DNA of 64,000 nucleotides from Bacillota bacterium (GTDB lineage: Bacteria > Bacillota > Sulfobacillia > Sulfobacillales > JAIMBI01), in the NCBI GenBank assembly GCA_021797815.1, contig JAJZYZ010000002.1:1256-65255 (forward strand), given 5' to 3'. Numbering within the stretch: the first letter of the stretch is position 1; each line of letters starts with the position of its first letter. Position numbers and translations under genes: made by a program. This document shows, piece after piece, positions 10,458-19,834 of the stretch. The notes beneath the pieces are model-generated. The model was not told where the DNA came from, searched no databases, and saw only the letters and a list, made by a program, of their open reading frames with translations.

Positions 10458-10567
10458 GCGGCCTCCTTCCGCTCCTCCGAGGAAACGGGGTGCAATTGCC
10501 ATCCCCCGGTGAAGCCACTAACATGAACCTGAAACGGGATGGGAGCCGGAACCGGAGGGAAGTCACG

Positions 10568-13138
10568 ATGCCGCGCGCACTCTTGGTAGACGGCCATAGT
10601 CTCTTGTTCCGAGCGTACCATGCCCTGCCGCCCCTGGCGCGCCCCGACGGAACCCCGACCGGCGCGGTGTTCGGCTTCGCCCAGATGCTCCTGAAGGTGC
10701 TTGACGATACGCGCCCGGGCTCGGTCGTGGTGGCGTTTGACGCGGCCGCGCCAACCTTTCGCCACGAAGCATTCGACCAGTATAAGGCGAACCGCGAAGA
10801 GGCGCCGGACGACTTCCACGTGCAGACACCGCTGGCCCAGGAGCTTTTGCAGCACCTCGGCATCGCGCATCGGGAGTGGCCCGGATTTGAGGCCGATGAC
10901 ATCCTCGGAAGCCTGGCGGTGGCCGGGAAAGCGGCTGGCTGGGACATCTTGATCCTGACCGGCGACCGCGACCTCCTGCAACTGGTGGGACCCGGCGTGA
11001 CGGTGTTGTTGACCGGCCGCGGCGGGCTTACTCAACTGGAGGCGATGGATCGCGAAGCCGTGATCCGGAAGATGGGGGTGAGGCCCGAACAGGTGCCGGA
11101 CTTAAAGGGTCTCATGGGTGACAGCTCGGACAATATTCCCGGCGTGCCCGGAATTGGAGAGAAGTCGGCGGTCACACTCCTGACCCGGTACGAGCGTATC
11201 GAAGATATCTTTGCCCATCTGGATGAGATTCCCGAGGGCCGCTTTAAGAAGGCACTGACCGGACATGAATCGGATGCATTCGCGTCGCGCGAGCTGGCCA
11301 CGATCCGTACCGACCTGGCGGTCGAACCTCTCACGGGCGCCGAGGGGCCGTTCGAAATTGCCCGGACCGAAGCCTTGGCCGCCTTCCTCACCGACATGGG
11401 GTTTGGTTCTCTGCGCCGACGGCTGTACGAGGTCGCCCCGGTGGCGAAAAAGCCGTCCAAGTCCGGTGTGAGCGCTGACCGGGCGGATGACCTGGCCGAG
11501 GCTGAGATCGCCGACACGCTGGAAGAGTGGGCAGCGTGGCCGGCAGAGTCCCCACTGGGGATTGAAAAGTTGGCCGACGGCTACCTTCTGGGAACGCCCG
11601 ATGGCCGTCTCGGGAGATATCGGGGCCCGATCGGGGGCGACAAGGATCAACGTCTCGTCGGGTTCAAGATCAAGTCCTTCGTCGATGACGTGCCGCAGTC
11701 GGTCCGCGGCCGCCTTGACGACGGCGAGCTTGCGGCCTATCTGCTTGATGCCGGGCGATCGCGCTACGCCGTCGCAGATCTGGTTCGACGCGCCGGAGGG
11801 GAGCCACGAGACGATGTGGCCGCGCTCGCGGCGGTATGGCCGGCGGTTCGCGAGCTCATGGTCGCACAGGGTCTCTGGGACCTGTACGAGCGGGTTGAGC
11901 TGCCGCTTCTCCACGTGCTGCGGCGCATGGAGCGACACGGCATTCGGGTGGACGGGGCAACCTTGGACGTTCTCGCGGGAGAGCTGGAGGTTGCCATCGC
12001 CAATCTCGAGCGGGAAATTCACGAGATGGTCGGATTTGCGTTCAACATCAACTCCACCGGCCAGCTGGGCGAGGTCCTGTTCGACAAGCTTGGGCTCCCA
12101 TCCGGCCGGCGCACCAAGACGGGATACTCCACCGACGCGGATGTCCTGGAGTCGCTTCGCCCGATGCACCCGATTGTGGATGCTGTTCTCATCTACCGCC
12201 AGCTGACGAAACTGAAAGGTACGTACGTGGACGGCCTCCGACCCCTCCTGGTGAACGGCCGGCTCCACACCCACTTCAACCAGACGGTGGCCGCGACGGG
12301 GCGGCTGTCTTCGAGCGACCCCAACCTGCAGAACATTCCGGTTCGCCTGCCGCTCGGCCGGAGGATCCGGCGCGTGTTTCTCCCTGACGAGGGCCGGGTG
12401 TTGTTCTCGGCCGACTACTCGCAGATCGAGCTGCGCGTGCTGGCCCATTTCTCGGACGACCCGGTTTTGAAAGATGCCTTCGCCAGCGGACAGGACATCC
12501 ACCGGCGCACGGCCTCCGAGATGTTTCAGGTTCCCTTGGATGAGGTGTCAGACGAGCTCCGGAGCCACGCCAAGGCCATCAACTTCGGCATTATCTACGG
12601 CATCTCCGACTACGGTCTGGCCAACAACACCGGGGTGTCACGGCAGGACGCGGCCAACTATATCCGCCAGTACTTCGCCCGCTATCCGCGTATTAAGGAG
12701 TTTTTGGACGGGGCCATCCAGCAGGGCCGGCGGGACGGCTTCGTGACCACCATCCTGGGCCGGCGGCGTTATCTGCCCGACATCGAAAACCGGAACTACG
12801 CCCGCCGGCAGTATGCGGAGCGGATGGCCATGAACACGGTGCTGCAGGGCACGGCCGCCGACCTCATCAAGGTGGCGATGATCCGGCTCGACCAGGCGTT
12901 TTCGGAACAGGGCCTAGAAAGTGCCATGGTGCTGCAGGTTCACGACGAGCTCATTTGGGATATGGTCCCCGCGGAAGAGGAAGTGGTCGCGGATCTGGCC
13001 CGGCGGCTGATGACGACGGCAATCCCGCTCTCCGTGCCTCTCGTGATCGACTTCAAGCGGGGGACGGACTGGGAGTCGATGGAGCCATGGGTCGACGCGG
13101 AGGGAGGCCGGGCCGGTGCCGGAACTGCCAGAGGTTGA
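10568..13138 (+). CDS. polA: DNA polymerase I
   Basis: ORF 10490..13138. 5-prime nuclease N-terminus MPRALLVDGHSLLFRAYHAL, motif A DYSQIELR, motif C QVHDEL. ATG 10568 is preceded by GGAGGGA. Confidence 0.95.
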   Translation: MPRALLVDGHSLLFRAYHALPPLARPDGTPTGAVFGFAQMLLKVLDDTRPGSVVVAFDAAAPTFRHEAFDQYKANREEAPDDFHVQTPLAQELLQHLGIAHREWPGFEADDILGSLAVAGKAAGWDILILTGDRDLLQLVGPGVTVLLTGRGGLTQLEAMDREAVIRKMGVRPEQVPDLKGLMGDSSDNIPGVPGIGEKSAVTLLTRYERIEDIFAHLDEIPEGRFKKALTGHESDAFASRELATIRTDLAVEPLTGAEGPFEIARTEALAAFLTDMGFGSLRRRLYEVAPVAKKPSKSGVSADRADDLAEAEIADTLEEWAAWPAESPLGIEKLADGYLLGTPDGRLGRYRGPIGGDKDQRLVGFKIKSFVDDVPQSVRGRLDDGELAAYLLDAGRSRYAVADLVRRAGGEPRDDVAALAAVWPAVRELMVAQGLWDLYERVELPLLHVLRRMERHGIRVDGATLDVLAGELEVAIANLEREIHEMVGFAFNINSTGQLGEVLFDKLGLPSGRRTKTGYSTDADVLESLRPMHPIVDAVLIYRQLTKLKGTYVDGLRPLLVNGRLHTHFNQTVAATGRLSSSDPNLQNIPVRLPLGRRIRRVFLPDEGRVLFSADYSQIELRVLAHFSDDPVLKDAFASGQDIHRRTASEMFQVPLDEVSDELRSHAKAINFGIIYGISDYGLANNTGVSRQDAANYIRQYFARYPRIKEFLDGAIQQGRRDGFVTTILGRRRYLPDIENRNYARRQYAERMAMNTVLQGTAADLIKVAMIRLDQAFSEQGLESAMVLQVHDELIWDMVPAEEEVVADLARRLMTTAIPLSVPLVIDFKRGTDWESMEPWVDAEGGRAGAGTARG

Positions 13139-13982
13139 AACGGTTCGGCGAGACCTGGACGGCCGCCTGGGTGGCCGGCGGGTTGCGGCGGTCGACTGGG
13201 TTGACTACCGCATGGTCCGGGGACGAATCGGGGCCGAGGCGCTGGCCGTAAGACTTACGGGACAGACGAGCCGCGGTGTCGGCCGTCGCGGGAAGTTTCT
13301 GGTCTGGCGGTTTCAGTCGGGTGACCGGCTCATCCTGCATCTCGGCATGAGCGGCCGCATTCGGGCAGGAGTGTCTCCCGGGGAGACGCGGGCACCGCAC
13401 ACCCATCTGGTCGTCACGCTCGATGACGGCACCGAGCTCCGCCTCGCGGATCCGAGGCGGTTTGGCCGGGTGGAGCTGGTGCCAAAGGGGAGCCGTCAGC
13501 CGCTGGCCCTGGGACCGGAGCCCCTGTCGCGCGCCTTTACGGCCCGTCGTCTGCAAATGGCACTTTCCGGGCGGCGAGCACCGGTGAAGGGACTCTTGCT
13601 AGACCAGCGGCTCCTGGCCGGCGTGGGCAATATCTACGCCGATGAGGCGCTGTTTCAGGCCAGGATCCACCCAGCGCGCAGCGGCGGGTCGCTGGCACCC
13701 GAGGAAGTCGGCCGCCTGCACCGGGCCCTCCGGCGGGTCCTGCGGGCGGGACTCCGACATCGGGGAACGACGTTTCGAAGTTTTCAGGACGGCTTTGGGG
13801 AGCCGGGCGGGCACGCTCCCCATCTGAACGCTTATGGTCGTCGGGGCAAGCCGTGTCCCCGGTGCGCCACGGCCCTGGCCAGTGCCGTGGTAGCAGGGCG
13901 CACCAGTCACTTCTGTCCGACGTGCCAGGTCATTCCGGCCAGATTCGAGACCGAGGGAGATAAGGACCGTGCAACACTTTAG
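13116..13982 (+). CDS. mutM: Formamidopyrimidine-DNA glycosylase
   Basis: (M)PELPEVETVRRDL N-terminus and C-terminal zinc finger CPRC...CPTC. GTG start with GGAGGGAGG upstream. Overlaps the polA end by 23 nt. Confidence 0.9.
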   Translation: MPELPEVETVRRDLDGRLGGRRVAAVDWVDYRMVRGRIGAEALAVRLTGQTSRGVGRRGKFLVWRFQSGDRLILHLGMSGRIRAGVSPGETRAPHTHLVVTLDDGTELRLADPRRFGRVELVPKGSRQPLALGPEPLSRAFTARRLQMALSGRRAPVKGLLLDQRLLAGVGNIYADEALFQARIHPARSGGSLAPEEVGRLHRALRRVLRAGLRHRGTTFRSFQDGFGEPGGHAPHLNAYGRRGKPCPRCATALASAVVAGRTSHFCPTCQVIPARFETEGDKDRATL

Positions 13983-14160
13983 TATCACCGTCGACACCCA
14001 AGAACAGGTGGACGACGTAAAGACCCGGCTGTGGGACAAGATCGGCGTCCGGGGCGAGCTCCAGGTGCGCCGGCTGGACGGCAAGTTCCGGATAGATGTC
14101 ATCAGCGAACGAGACCTCGCGCCGAGTCAGCTCGAGAAGCTTCCCGGCAAACACGCCTGA
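13969..14160 (+). CDS. Small hypothetical protein (63 aa)
   Basis: GTG start after GAGGGAGATAAGG. High GC3 by my reading of the codons. Overlaps the mutM stop by 14 nt, and its TGA overlaps the next ATG (ATGA), so it looks translationally coupled inside the operon. Confidence 0.55.
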   Translation: MQHFSITVDTQEQVDDVKTRLWDKIGVRGELQVRRLDGKFRIDVISERDLAPSQLEKLPGKHA

Positions 14161-15542
14161 TGCAGCGACTATGGCCGTGGTTCCTGATCCTGCTAGCCCT
14201 GGCTCCGGCCGCGCTCGTGCATCCGAAGCCGCCCGCGGCGCCGACGCATGTGCACGCGGTGGCGGTCATCGGTGTGGTCGGCGGCGGATCGAGCTTCAAT
14301 CCCGCCGTCGCCAGCACCATGCCCGGGCGTCTCGTGGCGGATAATCTCTTTCCCACCCTGTTTCGGGTGTCTCCTGAGGGGCTTCTCGCCCCCGGACTGG
14401 CGGTTAACGCCACGGCTAGCGGCAACTTGGTCACGGTCACCCTGGGCTCCCACCGGCTCGCGAACGGGACGCCGCTCACGCCCGCCATGGTGGCCGAGGC
14501 CCTATCGGAAACCTTGTGGCCGGCGACCGGGTCCACCGAGGCCCGTGCCCTGCTGGGGGACGTGAAGGGAGCGCCTGCGGTCGAGGCCGGGAAAACCGCA
14601 GACATTTCAGGCATCGCCGAGACGGGCCCGCGCACCTTGCAGATCACCCTCACCGGGCCGGTGAGCAATTGGGTGTGGCGGCTGGCCAATCCCGCCCTCG
14701 GGATCTTACCGGTGTCCGATCTGATAAACGGGGGCGCGTACTGGAGCGTCGCCGATCTGATTGGAAGCGGGCCCTTCCGGGTGGTGGCGGACGCGCCCAC
14801 GGCCGCCATGCAGTTCGAGCCCCTTCGCGCCAAACCCGGAACCCCGCTCATCGAAGTTGAGCGTTATGGGAATCTCGAAGAAGCGGCGCTCGCACTTGTC
14901 AATGGGGAGGCGTCCGCGGTCAGCGTGCCGGTGAAAAGCCTCGATACGATGCTGGTCAAGCCATTCCGGGCGCACCTGCACTTCTTGGCGGCTCCCCCAC
15001 AGATCGAGCTTGTGGTAAATCCCGCGCCATCGAACCCATGGACGGCGGCGACCGCCGCCGGACCCTCTGTCGGGCAGGTGGTGCGGGCGGCCTTCCATGG
15101 CCTCGTGACGCCGGCGTCAGGATTCGTTCCTGCCATAACGTCCCCGCTGGCGCCGTCGTCCTCCAGCAGCACCGCCCCCGGGGCAGCCGCGCCGTCATCT
15201 GCCGCGCCGTCCGCGGCGCCGGCCCCGCTGCCCCTTTATGTAAACGGGCAGGACTCCATGACCATGGCGATTGGCGCAAGCCTGGAGCATGCCGCGCCCG
15301 GGCGCTACCGGGTGATCGTGTTGTCGGGCAGTGCCTGGACCACCGCGCTCCAGCATGGAAGCATCCCCGCCGCCCTGGTGCGGGCCTGGCCCGGAGGACC
15401 CCTGCCGGCGGTGATGGCAGGGTGGAAGTCAACTGCCCTGGCGTCCTCCGGCAGTTTCTGGCTTATCGCCCCCCGCGTGCGCGGTGCCTCGGTGCTGGCC
15501 AACGGGGCCCTCGACTGGAACGTCTTTGCACCCCGCAGTTGA
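14160..15542 (+). CDS. Secreted, degenerate solute-binding-protein family 5-like protein
   Basis: ORF 14031..15542. Start moved to ATG 14160 (MQRLWPWFLILLALAPAALV signal/anchor). Weak SBP_bac_5-like blocks (NGTPLTPAMVAEAL, GSGPFRVV). Ala/Pro/Ser low-complexity linker near residue 340. No ABC permease or ATPase gene adjacent. Confidence 0.45.
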   Translation: MQRLWPWFLILLALAPAALVHPKPPAAPTHVHAVAVIGVVGGGSSFNPAVASTMPGRLVADNLFPTLFRVSPEGLLAPGLAVNATASGNLVTVTLGSHRLANGTPLTPAMVAEALSETLWPATGSTEARALLGDVKGAPAVEAGKTADISGIAETGPRTLQITLTGPVSNWVWRLANPALGILPVSDLINGGAYWSVADLIGSGPFRVVADAPTAAMQFEPLRAKPGTPLIEVERYGNLEEAALALVNGEASAVSVPVKSLDTMLVKPFRAHLHFLAAPPQIELVVNPAPSNPWTAATAAGPSVGQVVRAAFHGLVTPASGFVPAITSPLAPSSSSSTAPGAAAPSSAAPSAAPAPLPLYVNGQDSMTMAIGASLEHAAPGRYRVIVLSGSAWTTALQHGSIPAALVRAWPGGPLPAVMAGWKSTALASSGSFWLIAPRVRGASVLANGALDWNVFAPRS

Positions 15543-15557
15543 GCCTGGGAGGCAGCG

Positions 15558-16160
15558 ATGAAGCTCGTTGGGCTGACAGGCGGGATTGCGAGCGGGAAGA
15601 GCACCGTGAGCTGCGTCATCCGCGAGGCCGGTGTGCCCGTGGTGGATGCCGATGAGGCAGTCCATCGCCTCGAGGAAGTGGGCGAGCGCGGATGGCGGGC
15701 GCTTTACGAGCTACTCGGCTTTTCCGTGCTGCTGGCCGACGGGTCCCTCGATCGGGTGCGGCTCGCACGGCGTCTCTTCTCCCAGTCAGAAACGCGCCGG
15801 AACGTGAACCGGGTCCTGCACCCGCTGGTGCGCCAGGAATTGTGGCGGGAGGTGCGGGAACTGGAAGACACCGGCCATCGCGTGGTGGTGCTGGACATCC
15901 CTCTCCTGTTCGAAAACGGACTGCATCACCTGGTGGATGAAGTCTGGGTGGTCTGGGCATCGCCCGAGCAGCAGCTGGAGCGGCTCATGGCCCGCAACGG
16001 CCTGCAAGAAGACGAGGCGCGCCGGCGCCTCACCACCCAGTGGCCGCTGGTGGACAAGTTGGCGGGGGCCACGCACGTATTGGATAACACGCACGGACTC
16101 GACGAGCTGGCGAGGCAGGTGGCCGACCTGCTGGCAGCGCTGAGAGGGCGTAAGGCATGA
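15558..16160 (+). CDS. coaE: Dephospho-CoA kinase
   Basis: MKLVGLTGGIASGKST P-loop, about 200 aa, in the conserved position after mutM. Confidence 0.9.
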   Translation: MKLVGLTGGIASGKSTVSCVIREAGVPVVDADEAVHRLEEVGERGWRALYELLGFSVLLADGSLDRVRLARRLFSQSETRRNVNRVLHPLVRQELWREVRELEDTGHRVVVLDIPLLFENGLHHLVDEVWVVWASPEQQLERLMARNGLQEDEARRRLTTQWPLVDKLAGATHVLDNTHGLDELARQVADLLAALRGRKA

Positions 16161-16747
16161 AGTGGCTTGTCGTGGTCGCGATGGTCGCGGCCGCCGCTCT
16201 GGTCTCGTGGAACGCACTGTATCCCTATGCGTTCAATCATCATGCGCGCGCACGCGCGCTGGTCTGGCAGGCCGCCCGAACCATGCATGTCAACCCGTGG
16301 CTGCTCACGGCGGTCATTGAGTCGGAGAGCCATTTTCAGCTGAACGCCGTCTCAAGCCGCGGCGCCGTCGGCCTGATGCAGATCGAGCCCAGCACCGGCC
16401 AGTGGGTTGAAGCACGGACGCATATTACGGGGCCTGTGGCGAACCCGCGCACCAACGTCCTCATTGGCGCCTGGTACCTGCGCTACCTGCAAGACAGTTT
16501 TCATGGGAGCGTGCTGATGGCGCTGGCCGCCTATAACGGAGGCCCGGCCCGCGTCCGGCAGTGGGTCCGCAACGGAGACATGCGGCCGCAGGACGGGACG
16601 GCCCGGATTCCGTTCGGGGAGACACGCTACTTCGTGACGCGGGTGCTCGGCGATTATCACCGGTACTTATGGATCGCCAAGCATTTCCTGGCGTCGGCCG
16701 CTTCCCGGCGCGTCACCCAATTGTCGGGGGCCGACGGGCTTCGCTAA
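16157..16747 (+). CDS. Lytic transglycosylase (SLT domain), membrane-anchored
   Basis: ESESHF...GLMQI...AYNGGP motifs and an N-terminal TM segment. ATGA overlap with coaE. Confidence 0.85.
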   Translation: MKWLVVVAMVAAAALVSWNALYPYAFNHHARARALVWQAARTMHVNPWLLTAVIESESHFQLNAVSSRGAVGLMQIEPSTGQWVEARTHITGPVANPRTNVLIGAWYLRYLQDSFHGSVLMALAAYNGGPARVRQWVRNGDMRPQDGTARIPFGETRYFVTRVLGDYHRYLWIAKHFLASAASRRVTQLSGADGLR

Positions 16748-17294
16748 GATAAAGAGCGAACACTCGACGGAGGCGACGGCCAGGTCAGCGGCGTGGACGA
16801 CACAGCCTGTCCGGAAACGTTGGGCGGCGTCTCGGTCCGAGCATACGGCACGCTGGCGACGGAAGCGTTACGCACACTCCACCGAATCTGAGGGCGCAGC
16901 TCAAGGGGACGGCCGGCCAGATGGGCCTGCCGGTCTACATTCTAGGGCGCCTGCGAGTCGTGGACCGTGCCGCGGTCGACAGAAGCGATGGCCGTGAAGG
17001 GGCGGCTTCTCGCGCTTGGGCTCGAAGCCTTCTTTGGCGCGTCGCTGCCCGCGGGCGGTGCGGGCAGGACCCGTGGCGTCTCTCGTGCTGGGCTCCCACC
17101 CGACAGCGAGTGCTCCCGCAGCCACCAGGCTAACGGGATAGGCCTCTCGCATTGATGAGCCGGTGCCTGGTGGATGCGTTTGCGGCGCGGCATCGAGTGC
17201 GTTGGCGCGGGGGGACGAACGGGCGCTCCGATGGCGGCGCGCCCCGGCTCGATTTCCGTTTGTGCTCACCCGGCGCGCGCGGCGCGCCGCTCAC

Positions 17295-18107
17295 TTAGTC
17301 GAAGAACCGCATCTGAGCGCCGGGGAGCGGTGAGAGGCGATCGCGGAGATAGCGCGCCCCATCGACGGCGTAGCTTCCGTAGTTATTGTTCATGAGCACA
17401 TGAACCGCTGCGGCGCGGGCCCCCATGGCGCGGAGATCAGGAAGGCGGCCGTCAAGCTCGTCGGCGGAATAACGCCAGAAGAAGCGCTCCTGGCTTGACG
17501 AGAGTCCGGGCTGCGACCACGTCTCGGCATTGCGGCCATGAAAGCGGACATAGGCCAGCTGCGGGGACGTGACGGCGGGGTCCCACTGAACCGTGGTGTC
17601 CCCGGCATCAGGCGCATCCACCGTGACGAGCGGGCTCCCAAGGTCTCGGGCCACGGCGCTCGCCAGTCCATCTCGATACCACGAGCGGTGGCGAAATTCC
17701 ACCGCCACCAGATAAGGCTGCAGGGCGTCGCGCGCCAGTTCCAGGGTGAGGCGGTGGTCGGCGCTGGCGTGAAACCAGGGCGGCCACTGCAGAAGTACGG
17801 CGCCCAGAAGACCGCGACGTGCGAGAGGGTCTAGAAACTGTCTGAACACCGCCAGTTCACGGGCGTCAGCGGGCCGGTGCCCGGTCAAGGACCCGGGGGC
17901 TTTGACGTCAAACCGAAAGGCTTCGGGGACGACCGATGCCCACCGTTCGCTCACCGCCGCCGACAGAGCCCGGTAAAACGGCGCGTCGACCTCCACCAGA
18001 TTAAACTCCCGGCTGTAGTACCGCAGACGATCAGCCGGTTTAACCCCCGGGGGATAGAGTCCCTCGTGGTCGGTGAAGGCGCAGGTTCCGACGTAGAATT
18101 GTGGCAT
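17295..18107 (-). CDS. DUF72 (YecE/UPF0759) family protein
   Basis: ORF 17295..18119. MPQFYVGTCAFTD...RLRYYSREFNLVEVDAPFYR is typical of DUF72. ATG 18107 has better SD spacing (AAGGA) than GTG 18119. Confidence 0.75.
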   Translation of the reverse strand: MPQFYVGTCAFTDHEGLYPPGVKPADRLRYYSREFNLVEVDAPFYRALSAAVSERWASVVPEAFRFDVKAPGSLTGHRPADARELAVFRQFLDPLARRGLLGAVLLQWPPWFHASADHRLTLELARDALQPYLVAVEFRHRSWYRDGLASAVARDLGSPLVTVDAPDAGDTTVQWDPAVTSPQLAYVRFHGRNAETWSQPGLSSSQERFFWRYSADELDGRLPDLRAMGARAAAVHVLMNNNYGSYAVDGARYLRDRLSPLPGAQMRFFD

Positions 18108-18181
18108 GACGTCCTTCACGGTCCTTCTTCGGCTCTCGGAGGCCGTGGACGTCTTTAGAATAGCGCGGCGGAGGTGCGGGC

Positions 18182-18733
18182 GTGAAAATTTACACCAGAG
18201 GCGGGGATCAGGGCGAGACCAGCCTGTGGGGACAGGCGGGCGAAAAGCGCATCAGGAAAGACCGGGCCCGGGTGGAGGCCTACGGCAGTGTCGACGAGGC
18301 CAACGCGATCCTGGGCCTGTGCGTCGCGGCGGCCCGAGACCCCGAGCTTTCCGAGTTGCTGCAAGACATCCAGCATCGGCTCTTCGGACTCGGAAGCGAC
18401 CTTGCGACCCTGAACGAGGCGCGCCGCATCCATGTCACGGACGACGACGTGGCCGGTCTGGAAGCCGCCATCGATAGGCTCGAGGGGGAACTGCCGCCGC
18501 TCCGCCACTTCATCCTGCCGGGCGGCGGCGAGCTTGCGGCCCGGCTTCATCAGGCACGGACGGTCGTTCGCCGGGCGGAGCGGCGGGTGGTGAGCCTGTA
18601 CCAGGACGAACCGGGACCGTCGATCCACCTGCGCTATCTGAACCGGCTTTCCGATCTGCTGTTTGTCATGGCGCGGGTGTCGAACCGACGGGAAGGCGTC
18701 GGGGACGTGGAAGCGCGCTTCCGGCGACCGTGA
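18182..18733 (+). CDS. PduO-type ATP:cob(I)alamin adenosyltransferase
   Basis: (M)KIYTRGGDQGETSL...VEAYGSVDEANA N-terminus is characteristic of the family. GTG start after GGAGGTG. Confidence 0.85.
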   Translation: MKIYTRGGDQGETSLWGQAGEKRIRKDRARVEAYGSVDEANAILGLCVAAARDPELSELLQDIQHRLFGLGSDLATLNEARRIHVTDDDVAGLEAAIDRLEGELPPLRHFILPGGGELAARLHQARTVVRRAERRVVSLYQDEPGPSIHLRYLNRLSDLLFVMARVSNRREGVGDVEARFRRP

Positions 18734-18801
18734 ACATCGGGAAGGCAGGCGGTACACTAAGGGCGGACAGGTAGGGCGCAACAGTGGCGGGGAGGCGGGG
18801 C

Positions 18802-19236
18802 ATGCCGGTGCGGGTCTTCACGGTGGCCGAGGCCAACCGCCTGGTGCCGTCTCTCAACGAAACCATGCAGAGACTGCGGGATCTGCAGACCGACGCGCGC
18901 GAGAAGTACGAGGAGATGCGCCGGATCCGTCAGGTGGGGTACCGGACGGATGGCAACCTCATCATGCTGGCCGACTACCAGCGCGCTAAACGGGACTTTG
19001 ACGATCTGGTGGCGGAGGCAAACCGCCGGCTCGGAGAGGTCCACGAAATGGGCTGCCGGGTGACAGATGTGGAGCTGGGACTCGTCGATTTCCCCGCCCG
19101 CGTCGACAGCCACGACGTGTACCTGTGCTGGCAGATGGGCGAGGCCGAGGTGGCTTACTACCATGGCCTCCGTGAGGGTTACGGCGGGCGCCGGCCGCTT
19201 CCTCCGGCCGATGCGCCTCCGGCTGTCAAGCCGTAA
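18802..19236 (+). CDS. DUF2203-family protein
   Basis: ORF 18784..19236. MPVRVFTVAEANRLVPSL...GLVDFPARVDSHDVYLCWQMGE. Family call is from memory of the motif pattern. ATG 18802 lies 6 nt after GGAGG. Confidence 0.6.
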   Translation: MPVRVFTVAEANRLVPSLNETMQRLRDLQTDAREKYEEMRRIRQVGYRTDGNLIMLADYQRAKRDFDDLVAEANRRLGEVHEMGCRVTDVELGLVDFPARVDSHDVYLCWQMGEAEVAYYHGLREGYGGRRPLPPADAPPAVKP

Positions 19237-19834
19237 GGCCGAGCGCCGGTGCCACCGACTTCATCGCGTCCACCACAAATGCGATGTGTTCCTCCAGACT
19301 GATGCCAAGAAGGCCGGCGCCATCGGTGACGTCCGGGCGGTGCACTCCACGGGCGAAGCCTTTGTCGCGAAGCTTCTTCATCACGGAGGCCGGGCTGACG
19401 CTCGACAAATCTCCGCCCTTTACCAGAGCGACGGCGACCACGAAGCCCGTCAGCTCGTCGCAGGCAAAAATCGCCTTTTTCAAAAGCGTGTCTCGCGGGA
19501 GGGCATTTTCCGTGACATGGGACAGGATGGCGTCGATGACGATGGACGGAAACCCGTTGGCGCGAAGGATTCGCGCGCCCTCCACCGTGTGCTGGCCCAC
19601 CTCCGGGTACCGTTCATAGTCGAAGTCGTGCAGGAGACCCACGAGGCCGAAGAGCTCCTCGTCCTCATGGTGCTGGCGGGCAAATGCCCGCATGACCGCC
19701 TCTACCGCCAGAGCGTGTTTGCGCAGCCGGTCACCGGCGGTATATGTCGTCAGGATCTCCCATGCGCGCTCCCGGCCCGGAAGCGCCTCACCCGGTGGCG
19801 TTGCCACGGTGCTCCCACCCCCTGTGCATTTCAT
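19226..19834 (-). CDS. HD/HDIG-domain metal-dependent phosphohydrolase
   Basis: ORF 19226..19912. KHALAVEAVMRAF...LLHDFDYERYP...SHV. Start uncertain: ATG 19834, or GTG 19807 which follows GGGTGGGAG. Confidence 0.75.
   Translation of the reverse strand: MKCTGGGSTVATPPGEALPGRERAWEILTTYTAGDRLRKHALAVEAVMRAFARQHHEDEELFGLVGLLHDFDYERYPEVGQHTVEGARILRANGFPSIVIDAILSHVTENALPRDTLLKKAIFACDELTGFVVAVALVKGGDLSSVSPASVMKKLRDKGFARGVHRPDVTDGAGLLGISLEEHIAFVVDAMKSVAPALGLTA

Noticed and set aside
2074-12502. Minus-strand ORFs 2074..3381, 8423..9733, 10000..10947, 10301..11035 and 11102..12502
   Set aside because: Each lies largely antisense to a confidently identified plus-strand gene (aldehyde dehydrogenase, glnA or polA), and 10000..10947 and 10301..11035 are also out of frame across the hydrolase gene. 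Their translations are Arg/Pro/His-rich and motif-free.
16921-17155. Possible remnant of a SARP/BTAD-type regulator N-terminus (MGLPVYILGRLRVVDRAAVDRSDG, then in another frame KGRLLALGLEAFFGASLP)
   Set aside because: The resemblance is only a loose pattern match over about 40 residues, needs a frameshift, and has moderate GC3 (about 75%). That is too weak to call.
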